From IMG/VR virus record IMGVR_UViG_3300020578_000040, positions 1-64,000 of that record: DNA of 64,000 bases. The stretch is one strand, 5' to 3'. The stretch comes from a virus. The notes under the pieces were generated by a model that did no database searches, was not told where the DNA came from, and saw nothing but the letters and a program-made list of their open reading frames with translations. Made by a program: the position numbers and the translations under genes. Numbering within the stretch: position 1 is the stretch's first letter; every line of letters begins with the position of its first letter. Below, piece after piece: positions 26,843 to 35,208 of this stretch.

Positions 26843-27213
26843 TGTGCCTTTCCTTTCAGGATTTGATGGACGCGCTGACGCGACAAACCTACTCGATCCG
26901 CGATCTGCTGTAGGCTCAGTCGCATCCCGCGCAGCGTGTGGACATCACGGTGCATAGCGATGTTCATCTTCGCCCCAGGCGCACGAGCCTCCCACTCCCA
27001 TGAAGGGATGTGCTCGAAGGCCTGAGCCTGCTCGATGGTCAAGAGCCCCGCTCGGTAGCGACTCTTGATGTAACTGGCCCACCGGCCGATGGCGACTCGT
27101 TCGCCGGCCGCACCGCGCGTATTGTGCGACAGCGGGATATTTGTGTGGCCATTCTCTCGCGCGTATTTCTCGATCATGTGAACGCGCGTATGGAACTGTT
27201 CGTCTCGGGTCAT
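26839..27213 (-). CDS. helicase-associated (HA) domain + sigma70-r4-like HTH protein; candidate regulator
   Basis: Y..ENGHTNIP...IGRW...YRAGLL....W.W then SLQQIADRVGLSRQRVHQIL. Confidence 0.75.
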   Translation of the reverse strand: MTRDEQFHTRVHMIEKYARENGHTNIPLSHNTRGAAGERVAIGRWASYIKSRYRAGLLTIEQAQAFEHIPSWEWEARAPGAKMNIAMHRDVHTLRGMRLSLQQIADRVGLSRQRVHQILKGKAQ

Positions 27214-27219
27214 GTCAAT

Positions 27220-27249
27220 AAGTTAGCCCACGGTGCGCGTATGTGTCAA
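27220..27249 (-). promoter_or_regulatory. leaderless-type promoter TTGACA-18-TAACTT of HA-HTH gene, GCGCGTAT box in spacer
   Basis: -10 ends 6 nt before ATG; no SD. Confidence 0.6.
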
Positions 27250-27353
27250 GGTTTGCGCGGATTGTTTCGATTTGACGGCCAGCCATTTATCTGATAGATT
27301 TGGCTTTGGCGGTTGAGAGATTGCCATTTAGTACCTACTACCAAAGGAGAGTT

Positions 27354-27548
27354 ATGGGAACCCCCCATGAAGATACAGAGTTGCGCAACGCCGACGGCGA
27401 TAACTGTTGCGAGTGCGGTGAGGTCATGCTCGCCATGTTCGGCAATGGGCCGGTTCGTTTCGAGGATGGCTTTGCGCACGAGCAGTGCGCCCTCGATGCG
27501 GAGGCGTTCGACGCGGATGCTTATTTCGCAAAGTTCGAGGAGGCGTGA
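27354..27548 (+). CDS. hypothetical Zn-binding protein
   Basis: RBS AAAGGAG. Confidence 0.6.
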   Translation: MGTPHEDTELRNADGDNCCECGEVMLAMFGNGPVRFEDGFAHEQCALDAEAFDADAYFAKFEEA

Positions 27549-27832
27549 TCGTGGGTATCGACCCCTGCACATACTGCGGTGAGTCCACCGCCCTCGGGGC
27601 CACACGCCACGATGGATCACTGATTGGCAAGTTCATCAACCGCATTCCCGTGGATGACGGCTGGGGCTGTGCCGAGTGTTCTGGATTCAAGTGCGACGAG
27701 TGCGAGAAGCAGATTTATCTCGACCACGAAGTCCGCGTCGATTTCACCGACCCCATCACCGGCAAGTACCGCTACGGCAACTACCACGAAGAGTGCTACT
27801 CGGCCGAGATACATGGGCCGTGTGAGTACTGA
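27545..27832 (+). CDS. Cys-rich hypothetical protein
   Basis: Multiple CxxC; RBS GGAGG. Confidence 0.65.
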   Translation: MIVGIDPCTYCGESTALGATRHDGSLIGKFINRIPVDDGWGCAECSGFKCDECEKQIYLDHEVRVDFTDPITGKYRYGNYHEECYSAEIHGPCEY

Positions 27833-27913
27833 TTTGATCCATTCGCTTACAGGTGATAGGATTGCCTCAGTGGCAGGCGACTGCCACCACCTACTAACTA
27901 CAGAGGAGTACCA

Positions 27914-28354
27914 ATGAAGTACATCGTCCACGAAGGAACCGGCACCATCATCAGTGCCGACGAGTGCGTCATCGTCAGTGTCCCCAGGGAAATCTTGGAT
28001 GCCATGAGCGGTGACGACTACTTCGACGATCAGCAGGTTCTCGACCTCGCAGTCGAAGCCGGCAAGCCCATCAACCTGACCGACATGACGTACGGCAACA
28101 CCATGGCATTCTCGCCTTCCGCTCTCCGTGAGGAGGCTCGGGAGATGATCGATGCCGAGTTGTTCGGCACCGAGGAGAGTTGGCACGAAGCACTCGTGTG
28201 GTGTGCGAACACCGCCACCGACGACGAACTGAATGCCGTTGCGTCATACATCCTCGATGACGATGATCTGTGGAGAACCTTCCGCGTCAGCGTCACCGAC
28301 GGCCTGCTTCAGGGCCTGATCTGGCACAAAGAATCACTGAAAGGAAAGTCGTGA
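27914..28354 (+). CDS. acidic hypothetical protein
   Basis: Promoter plus RBS GAGGAG. Confidence 0.7.
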   Translation: MKYIVHEGTGTIISADECVIVSVPREILDAMSGDDYFDDQQVLDLAVEAGKPINLTDMTYGNTMAFSPSALREEAREMIDAELFGTEESWHEALVWCANTATDDELNAVASYILDDDDLWRTFRVSVTDGLLQGLIWHKESLKGKS

Positions 28355-28596
28355 ACTCGACACATCTCACCCACATATTCACACTCCCGGAGCGTTCGCT
28401 CACGTCGAGGATCGAGAACGGAGAGGAAGTGATCGTTGGCATCCACATTGGTAACAACAACTTCATCACCATTCATCTCTCGGCCAACGCGAACGGCGAT
28501 CTCGACTACGAGGTGGTGGAGGATGCCAACCCCGACGTTGGTTTCGCCGGCACCTATCCCGAGTTCTTCGATTTGACCGCTATCAGCACCAACTGA
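28351..28596 (+). CDS. hypothetical protein
   Basis: GTGA coupling. Confidence 0.6.
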   Translation: MNSTHLTHIFTLPERSLTSRIENGEEVIVGIHIGNNNFITIHLSANANGDLDYEVVEDANPDVGFAGTYPEFFDLTAISTN

Positions 28597-28660
28597 TAGG
28601 ATTGCCTCAGTGGCAGGCGACTGCCACCACATACTTACTACCTACTACCGAAAGGCAAAC

Positions 28661-28882
28661 ATGAAACAGCATCACTTCGTGGTCTGCGCTACGTTCGATG
28701 AGAACGGCGACCCACATTTCGAGATCACCGATTCCATCTGTGATCCCACGAAGCCCGTGTGGGACACGGAGTCAGAGATGTGGGGTCGCGTATCAGCAGG
28801 GGATGAGGATGACGACTTCCTCCTCCTGACCGCCCTGAAGGAAGCCCTGACCGAAGCAAATCTCACAAAGGAGACATCATGA
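28661..28882 (+). CDS. acidic hypothetical protein
   Basis: Promoter plus RBS. Confidence 0.65.
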   Translation: MKQHHFVVCATFDENGDPHFEITDSICDPTKPVWDTESEMWGRVSAGDEDDDFLLLTALKEALTEANLTKETS

Positions 28883-29073
28883 CCATCAGCATGGTTGAGA
28901 AGGATTACGCCGTTCTGTTCGTCGGCGATTACTTCTCCATGACAGTTCACGTACAAGGAGTTGAGGGCGACGAAGATGTCGCCATCGATCTTGCCAGCAA
29001 CATCATCAAGGATTTCTATGGCTGGGATGTGCGAAGCGCATCCACCATCGATATCGAGGTAACAGAGGAATGA
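28879..29073 (+). CDS. hypothetical protein
   Basis: ATGA coupling. Confidence 0.65.
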   Translation: MTISMVEKDYAVLFVGDYFSMTVHVQGVEGDEDVAIDLASNIIKDFYGWDVRSASTIDIEVTEE

Positions 29074-29279
29074 TTATCATGGACCTACACACCTGTCCGC
29101 GTTGTTTTGGGGGAATCCCCAACAACGTACGCCGAGGCGAATACCCTGGCGCGCTCTCCCGCACCGACAACAAGACGCACGTCTGCTCGGCCTGCGGGGA
29201 ACTCGAAGCACTGGAAGATTTCCAGTTCGGATCGCCACTTCCGCAATCCCTGTGGCAAGCAGTCACCACCAACACCTGA
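29070..29279 (+). CDS. Zn-ribbon phage protein (CPRC...ALSRTDN...CSACG)
   Basis: Recognisable phage motif. Confidence 0.7.
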   Translation: MIIMDLHTCPRCFGGIPNNVRRGEYPGALSRTDNKTHVCSACGELEALEDFQFGSPLPQSLWQAVTTNT

Positions 29280-29287
29280 GGAGAACA

Positions 29288-29701
29288 ATGTTCGATTTCG
29301 ATTACAAGCCCCCGTTCGATGGGATGCACCCACTCGACACCGACAAACTGGTCTGGCTGTCAGAGGCCCGAAGCAACATGATGGCCAAGGTCATGGCTGA
29401 GGGAAAGTTCACGCCGGCCACGCTGTCCAACATTAAGGAGTATTTGCTCCGCGTCACCGGTCTCACCCCTGAGGAGTACAACGAACTCAGCAGGATCGGG
29501 ATGTGGATCGCCTGGGACCGCGAGGTTCGTGACATGAACGAAGAGGGGCGCGCTGCCTACTGGGCGAAGTATCACGCCGACGATGAGGAGCACGCGCAAG
29601 AACTCGACGCAGAGGTGTCCGAGGACTTTCGCAAGTTCATGGCCGCCCGACAGGCCGAGCGCGAAGCGTTCGACGAGATCACCAAGAACATCAACAACTG
29701 A
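29288..29701 (+). CDS. hypothetical protein
   Basis: RBS GAGGAG. Confidence 0.65.
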   Translation: MFDFDYKPPFDGMHPLDTDKLVWLSEARSNMMAKVMAEGKFTPATLSNIKEYLLRVTGLTPEEYNELSRIGMWIAWDREVRDMNEEGRAAYWAKYHADDEEHAQELDAEVSEDFRKFMAARQAEREAFDEITKNINN

Positions 29702-29704
29702 GAT

Positions 29705-29737
29705 TTATAGGGGGTAGCCTAGCGCTGCCCCCTATAA
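29705..29737 (+). terminator. hairpin ending the small-gene array
   Basis: TTATAGGGGGTAGC...GCTGCCCCCTATAA. Confidence 0.65.
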
Positions 29738-29757
29738 GCGTTTACTAGGGAACAATC

Positions 29758-30129
29758 ATGACATTCTCACTACCTGACGATGGAGTTATTTTCGAGTTGG
29801 AGTCTGGCGAACTTTCCGCCACGGTCATCCTGGCCGGCGACATAGCAATGAAGCACGAGGCGGGCCCCATCATCCACCCTACGTTCGATAAGAAGCGCGT
29901 CATCGTGGCATTCAACGCGCGTGCCTACAAGTGGCGGATCAAGAAGTTGATCGAACACTTTCAGGAGCGCCGGCCCTGGGAGGACAAAGACACGATCCTG
30001 AAGGGATGCGTGGACGAACTGAATCGCAAGTACTTCGAACTGACGGCGGCTGCGCTTCATGACTACTACATTCAGGAAGGCCTCGCAGGATTTGCCGATA
30101 TTGATGACGATCTCGATGACCAGTCGTGA
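29758..30129 (+). CDS. hypothetical protein
   Basis: ORF, operon with next gene. Confidence 0.6.
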   Translation: MTFSLPDDGVIFELESGELSATVILAGDIAMKHEAGPIIHPTFDKKRVIVAFNARAYKWRIKKLIEHFQERRPWEDKDTILKGCVDELNRKYFELTAAALHDYYIQEGLAGFADIDDDLDDQS

Positions 30130-30619
30130 TAAGAATGACGGTATGCATATCGAGCCGACTACCTGGAAAGAGGCGGCCGAAACCGCAAGCGAAATCATCT
30201 TTGGATGCGTGCGTCCTCATGCGAAGGTTTCAGTGGCCGGCCTGAAGGAGCATCACGAGAAGATCATCAATGATTTCTTCGAGAGCCCGACGACCGATTT
30301 ACTGATTGCTCGATGGTCCACCCTTGGATCGATGGCGATTGAATACTCAATTCAAGATGACTCCGCGATTTCGGCAAAGACCCTGGTCACCACGCTGTGC
30401 AAGAAGCAGCACGACTATGGTCCGAACAACATCCTGCGGTTCGGGCAGAAGGGTTTAATGATTCGAGTCTGGGATAAGATTTCGCGTCTTGACAACCTCT
30501 CGACCCAGGATTACGCCCCAGAAGTCGATGAATCCAAAATTGACACATTGCTTGACATTGCCGGGTACTCAACCATTGGTATCATGTTGAGACGAGGATG
30601 GTTCCGTCTCCCTCTCTGA
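30116..30619 (+). CDS. DUF1599 / nucleotide-modification-associated domain protein
   Basis: KKQHDYG...IRVWDKISRL...DESKIDTLLDIAGY. Confidence 0.8.
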   Translation: MTSRDKNDGMHIEPTTWKEAAETASEIIFGCVRPHAKVSVAGLKEHHEKIINDFFESPTTDLLIARWSTLGSMAIEYSIQDDSAISAKTLVTTLCKKQHDYGPNNILRFGQKGLMIRVWDKISRLDNLSTQDYAPEVDESKIDTLLDIAGYSTIGIMLRRGWFRLPL

Positions 30620-30897
30620 GGGGGCTTTCCTCCACATAAACGGAACAACGCTGCTCGATGCAGTGACGGAAGGAATGGGCGGGACCGCCAGCAGCCGTCG
30701 CTAGAAGAACTGTATTGAGGACTGGTGCAACTCCAGCGCGGTCGTAAGGAAACTTAGGGACCTTACGCCTATGGACCACGCGATCCGGTGAAAACCTCGG
30801 AAGTGATCTTTAGGATATGCCCCTTAATACCTCCAGGGTTCAACACCCTTCTGGGGGTAGGGGGGCCTATTCTCCCGCTCTCCGGCTCTCCCTCAGA
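30615..30897 (+). ncRNA. candidate multi-stem structured RNA upstream of replication genes
   Basis: Closing stem plus 5 or more internal helices with G-U pairs. Confidence 0.55.
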
Positions 30898-30990
30898 AGT
30901 AAGCCTGGGGTGAAGGTAAAGCGAAGATCGAGCCTGGTACGGTGTAGGGTAAGAAACCCAAACAAACTAGAGATAGGGTGGAGGCCTACT

Positions 30991-31419
30991 GTGAATGATG
31001 AAGATGAACAACTGACACTTTTTGACGATCCAAATGTTCAAAAGGTTGTTCCTGAATTGCCGGTACAACACACCTCCGCGGAATCGCGTGCTTATGTTGC
31101 CAAGGCAAATAACGCTGAAGTTGTCGAACTGTTCCAACTTTGGCAGCAAACTCTTCACCAATCTGCGGCGTCCGGTGTTCTTCTCACGGAAAAGCGCTAC
31201 GCGCGTATCGCTGCGGCGCTGTGCATTTACGGAATCGATACGTGCCGGCTCGCCATCAGGGGATGCGCGAAGTCCGGTTGGCATATGGGAGACAATCCCC
31301 GCGGCGCCAAGTACACCGATATCGATTTGATCTTCAGGTCCCATGACCACGTGCAACGGTTTGTTAGTCTGGCCCTGGGCGAGACCGACGCGGCCCGTGC
31401 GTTCATGGAGGAAGAGTGA
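30991..31419 (+). CDS. replication initiator/organiser-like protein
   Basis: Position before loader and primase; AIRGC..S.WHMG.N...Y..IDLIFR motif. Confidence 0.6.
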   Translation: MNDEDEQLTLFDDPNVQKVVPELPVQHTSAESRAYVAKANNAEVVELFQLWQQTLHQSAASGVLLTEKRYARIAAALCIYGIDTCRLAIRGCAKSGWHMGDNPRGAKYTDIDLIFRSHDHVQRFVSLALGETDAARAFMEEE

Positions 31420-31880
31420 CCAAGGAAGAGATTGTCAAAATAGTTGACAGAGTTTGTTCCGCCTGGAACCAGAACTTGGTCATGTCGGCCAAGAAGGAAA
31501 TGTACGAGACTTGGTATCACGTACTCCAGGACATCGACGGCGTCAATGTTTTGCGCGTAATTGACGATCTCATTATCGAGGATGAGCGCTTCATGCCGCG
31601 CGTAGGCACGGTGCGCAAAAGAGTCCTCATTCAGAAGATCGAAGCCCCGCTGGAGCCCATCATCGCGTGGCAGCAGTTCCGTTCGATAGCAGACTCTGCG
31701 GGAGCCGGCGTCGAAATACTTGACATGCATCCCCTGGTTCGTGTAACTTTGAACCGCCTTGGCGGCACGAGCGCGTTCGGCCTCCACACCAACGGGGATC
31801 GCGAATCGTTTCTCTCTGTGTACAGGCTCGTCGTAGCAGAATGGGAGAGGGAGCACTATGGCATCAACCGAGGTCGATAA
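31416..31880 (+). CDS. replicative helicase loader/inhibitor (G39P-like)
   Basis: W...L.D.....V...I......RFMP.VG pattern. Confidence 0.6.
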   Translation: MTKEEIVKIVDRVCSAWNQNLVMSAKKEMYETWYHVLQDIDGVNVLRVIDDLIIEDERFMPRVGTVRKRVLIQKIEAPLEPIIAWQQFRSIADSAGAGVEILDMHPLVRVTLNRLGGTSAFGLHTNGDRESFLSVYRLVVAEWEREHYGINRGR

Positions 31881-33564
31881 CTTCCTGGAGCGCCTCAACG
31901 GTGTGCGTAAGGACGGCTCAGGATGGATGGCCAGGTGCCCATGCCGGGATGACGACAAGAATCCCTCGATGCACATTGCCGAGGGGGGCGACGGCCGCGT
32001 GCTCGTCACGTGCCACCGGGGGACGCCCTGCTCCCTCGATCAGATTTGCGCTGCGGTGGGGCTCGATGTCAAGGACCTGATGCCGCCGCGCAAGGAGAAG
32101 GACGAAGAGCCGCGCCTTACCCTTGTCAAGGCTTACAACTACTACGACCAGAACGGGGAGATGCTGTTCCAGAAGCAGCGCTTCGTTGATCAGTTCGGCA
32201 AGAAGACATTCCGCCAGCGCAAGCCAGACGGCCGCGGCGGGTGGACATACTCACTGGGATCAACGCCCAAGGTTCTGTACAACCTGCCGGCAGTTGTCCA
32301 GGCAGCGGCCAACGGTGGGCATATATGGGTCGTTGAGGGCGAGAAGGATGCCGATGCTGTCAACGAAACCGGTGAAGTCGCAACGACGATGCCCAACGGT
32401 GCGGGCTCATGGCAGCGGATTCACACCGAAGCCCTGGCCGGCGCATCAGTCACGATTATTGCTGACAACGATAAGACAGGACTCGAACATGCGGCTCACG
32501 TGTTTCGCGAACTTCAGGCCGCCGGCTGCGAAGTCGAGGCATTCCGGCCGCCGGATAACGCCAAGGATGTGGCCGAACTTCTGGGAAGAGGAGAGCCACT
32601 CGCCAACCTTATCCCCTACAACCCGCTAGAAGAATCTCCTGAACCGATCCAGGAGCGCGACGAGTTCGCAGAACTGATCGACGGTTTGCATAAGTTGCAC
32701 GACAATCAGCGGCTGACAATCCAGCAGAAGTTGACCCGGGCCCGCAACGCGATCGATCGCATCCAGTTCGATGACGAAGGGTTCTACGACTCAGGGACCC
32801 TGGTCGACTGGGCGGAGTTCATCGCTGAAAGTGTTGACGAGGATTATGACTGGGTCATCCCGGGCGCGCTCGAGCGCAGCGAGCGGGTGATTGTGGTGGC
32901 GGCCGAAGGTGTAGGCAAGACGATGCTGGCCCGCCAGGTGGCGATCATGTCCGCTGCCGGCATTCAGCCATTCACCTGGGGCCGGATGAAGCCGATCAGA
33001 ACTTTGACGATTGACCTCGAAAACCCCGCACGCATCATCCGGCGCACATCATCCAAGATCATGCGGGCGGCACAAGAGCGGGCCCGCTCCACCAAGATCG
33101 AGGCGCATCTCCTCATCAAGCCCGCCGGCCTTGACCTACTCAACTCCCAGGACAGGATTCTGGTCGAGGACGTCATCGAGCGCACCAGGCCTGAACTGAT
33201 CTGCCTGGGCCCGCTGTACAAAGCGTTCGTTGATCCAGGCTCACGAACCAGCGAATCGATCGCCATCGAGGTGGCGAAGTACCTGGACTCGATCCGCACG
33301 CACTACAAGTGCGCCCTATGGCTGGAACATCACGCACCTTTGGGGTCATCGGTAGGCGGAAGAGACCTGCGGCCCTTCGGCTCCGCGGTCTGGTCGCGCT
33401 GGCCTGAATTCGGATTGGCATTAGAGCCTGATCCAGTGGCTACCGAGAGGTATACTTATATTGTCAAAAACTTCCGAGGCGGGCGCGATGTTCGTAACTG
33501 GCCGCGGAGGATGCAGCGAGACGAGTTGTTCCCCTTCAGAGTCATCGAGTTCCGGGAGCCGTAA
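31858..33564 (+). CDS. DNA primase-helicase (Zn finger, TOPRIM, RecA-like AAA_25)
   Basis: ARCPC.DD.NPS; VEGEKDAD; DNDKTG; AEGVGKT; LEHH; RPFGS. Confidence 0.9.
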   Translation: MASTEVDNFLERLNGVRKDGSGWMARCPCRDDDKNPSMHIAEGGDGRVLVTCHRGTPCSLDQICAAVGLDVKDLMPPRKEKDEEPRLTLVKAYNYYDQNGEMLFQKQRFVDQFGKKTFRQRKPDGRGGWTYSLGSTPKVLYNLPAVVQAAANGGHIWVVEGEKDADAVNETGEVATTMPNGAGSWQRIHTEALAGASVTIIADNDKTGLEHAAHVFRELQAAGCEVEAFRPPDNAKDVAELLGRGEPLANLIPYNPLEESPEPIQERDEFAELIDGLHKLHDNQRLTIQQKLTRARNAIDRIQFDDEGFYDSGTLVDWAEFIAESVDEDYDWVIPGALERSERVIVVAAEGVGKTMLARQVAIMSAAGIQPFTWGRMKPIRTLTIDLENPARIIRRTSSKIMRAAQERARSTKIEAHLLIKPAGLDLLNSQDRILVEDVIERTRPELICLGPLYKAFVDPGSRTSESIAIEVAKYLDSIRTHYKCALWLEHHAPLGSSVGGRDLRPFGSAVWSRWPEFGLALEPDPVATERYTYIVKNFRGGRDVRNWPRRMQRDELFPFRVIEFREP

Positions 33565-34166
33565 TGGCCGGCTTATCCAAAGAGTTCCTAGCCGAGCGCG
33601 ATCTACGCATCTTCAAGATGCGCCAAGCCGGCGTATCTGTCAACGAAATTGCACGACGGTTTGGCATATCGGTAGGCGCATGTAGCAATGCGATCCAGCG
33701 GCAACTACAGAAGTTAAACAAAGAAGCGCTCATGGCGTACCCAGAAGTGCTTCGAATGGAACTGGAGCGACTAGACGCACTGCAGCAGGCCGTCTGGCCG
33801 ATGACTCAGCACCGCAAGGTGGCCCTCAACGACGGCACGGAAACGACGGTCGAGCCTGATCTCAAGGCAATTCAACAGGTGCTGGCCATCATGGACCGGC
33901 GGAGTAAGTTGCTGGGCATGGAGCAGACGAACGTATCGCTCACGGTAGACACAAGTGACCAACCGGCCAGAGCCGCTCTGGCGGGCGCTGACGCCCCTCT
34001 GGCGGTCTCTTTGGTGTCCGCTGAGCAGGAAGCGCGTAAGTTGCTCGAACTCATGGGAGCCGCCGGCGTACTGCCTCTAGATGTCGTGCGCCAGATCACA
34101 GGGGACTCTGAAGCCCCGCGCGCGCTACCCACCGCACAGCCCCGGGAGGAGAGCGCGTATGAGTGA
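33564..34166 (+). CDS. HTH DNA-binding protein (possibly terminase small subunit-like)
   Basis: N-terminal HTH; ELERLDAL...MDRRSKLLG. Confidence 0.7.
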   Translation: MAGLSKEFLAERDLRIFKMRQAGVSVNEIARRFGISVGACSNAIQRQLQKLNKEALMAYPEVLRMELERLDALQQAVWPMTQHRKVALNDGTETTVEPDLKAIQQVLAIMDRRSKLLGMEQTNVSLTVDTSDQPARAALAGADAPLAVSLVSAEQEARKLLELMGAAGVLPLDVVRQITGDSEAPRALPTAQPREESAYE

Positions 34167-34470
34167 AGAGGACAATTTGAACTCTGCGGTAGACCATGTT
34201 GCGGAAACGATGAAACTTTCGCGCGTATCCAATATCGGTTCAAAGCCTGGAGCGCCGGCCTCGAAACAAGTTCTGATACGCGCCATCGAGGGGGATCACC
34301 TCCGGTGGAAGGAAGCCGCAGAGAAGTCAGGCGTAACGCTGAGCGAGTTTATCCGCGAGGCTCTGAATGCCGCCGCCAAAGACCTGCTCGAATGTTCCCA
34401 TCCCTTGGAATACAGGAGATGGAATCTTCGCGGAGAACGCTGTCTAAAATGTGGGATGAAAATCCGCTAA
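34159..34470 (+). CDS. ribbon-helix-helix protein with C-terminal Zn ribbon
   Basis: QVLIR...WKEAAEKSGVTLSEFIREAL; CSH...CLKC. Confidence 0.7.
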   Translation: MSEEDNLNSAVDHVAETMKLSRVSNIGSKPGAPASKQVLIRAIEGDHLRWKEAAEKSGVTLSEFIREALNAAAKDLLECSHPLEYRRWNLRGERCLKCGMKIR

Positions 34471-34574
34471 ATTCCTGGGAAAAACTGTAGAAAAATGTAG
34501 GTAAAAAATATGGATGTTTTACTTCTAACAATCTTTTGCATCGCCTCCTTCCTTATCGTTGACAGGATCACCAA

Positions 34575-34739
34575 ATGAATCGCCCCGGCCGCAAGCCAAC
34601 CAACAACCCAACGCTGACAATCAAACTGACGCCGAAGATTAAGCGACATCTTATTGAGGTTGCCAGCCTTAACGACATGTCGATCACCGAGTACCTGGTG
34701 ACGCTGATCGAGCGCGACGCCGGCCAGTCACTACAGTAA
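34575..34739 (+). CDS. 54-aa ribbon-helix-helix protein
   Basis: GRKP...TLTIKL...DMSITEYLVTLIERD; below ORF-track cutoff. Confidence 0.65.
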   Translation: MNRPGRKPTNNPTLTIKLTPKIKRHLIEVASLNDMSITEYLVTLIERDAGQSLQ

Positions 34740-34759
34740 GTAGTTGTAAAGTAATAACT

Positions 34760-35113
34760 ATGGGTAGGCAGCCACAAGTAGCCACCACAACTGGGACTGT
34801 CTACTTACAGTTACGAGTCCCAGGCTGGATGAAGAACAAGATCATCGAGCGGGCGGACGAACTCGACACGAGTGTGAACGCTGTGCTCCTGTCCGCGGTG
34901 AAGAAGTGGCTCGAAGAGGACGGAGCGCTGCCGGCCCCACCCGTAGCGACGAGGCCACTACCGACGACGGCTGACCAGATTCGAGCCTGGGCCACCGGTG
35001 AGAAGATCACCGGCCCCTGCGGTCAGACGAAGTGCCCCGCGCTGGACGAAGAAGGCCGCTGGCAGTCAGACGGAATGGGCTTCTGTACGCACTGCGGAAT
35101 CCGGGTGCAATAG
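34760..35113 (+). CDS. ribbon-helix-helix protein with Zn ribbon
   Basis: YLQLRVP.WMKN....A.....SVN; PCG...CTHCG. Confidence 0.7.
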   Translation: MGRQPQVATTTGTVYLQLRVPGWMKNKIIERADELDTSVNAVLLSAVKKWLEEDGALPAPPVATRPLPTTADQIRAWATGEKITGPCGQTKCPALDEEGRWQSDGMGFCTHCGIRVQ

Positions 35114-35124
35114 AATCAGTCGCC

Positions 35125-35208
35125 CCACATTTGCGCGATCGTCATCCACCAATTTCTGTTGAATGAGTTCCAATGGACTTACTACTCGACCACATTTGCG
35201 CGATCGTC
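35125..35208. repeat. 19-bp direct repeat flanking a 46-bp insert
   Basis: CCACATTTGCGCGATCGTC at 35125 and 35190. Confidence 0.85.

Larger units (their letters stand above)
10088..28602 (+). promoter_or_regulatory. array of about 26 similar SigA-type promoters GATTTGAC-N(16-18)-TAG(G/A)(T/A)T
   Basis: -35 boxes at 10088, 10905, 11753, 12525, 12860, 13597, 14826, 15546, 16388, 16785, 17218, 17675, 18461, 18542, 19181, 19616, 20211, 21605, 21673, 21764, 21832, 22352, 24678, 27272, 27834, 28573. Confidence 0.85.

Noticed and set aside
30817-30990. N-terminal extension of the replication ORF
   Set aside because: Overlaps the structured region; GTG at 30991 has a GGAGG RBS
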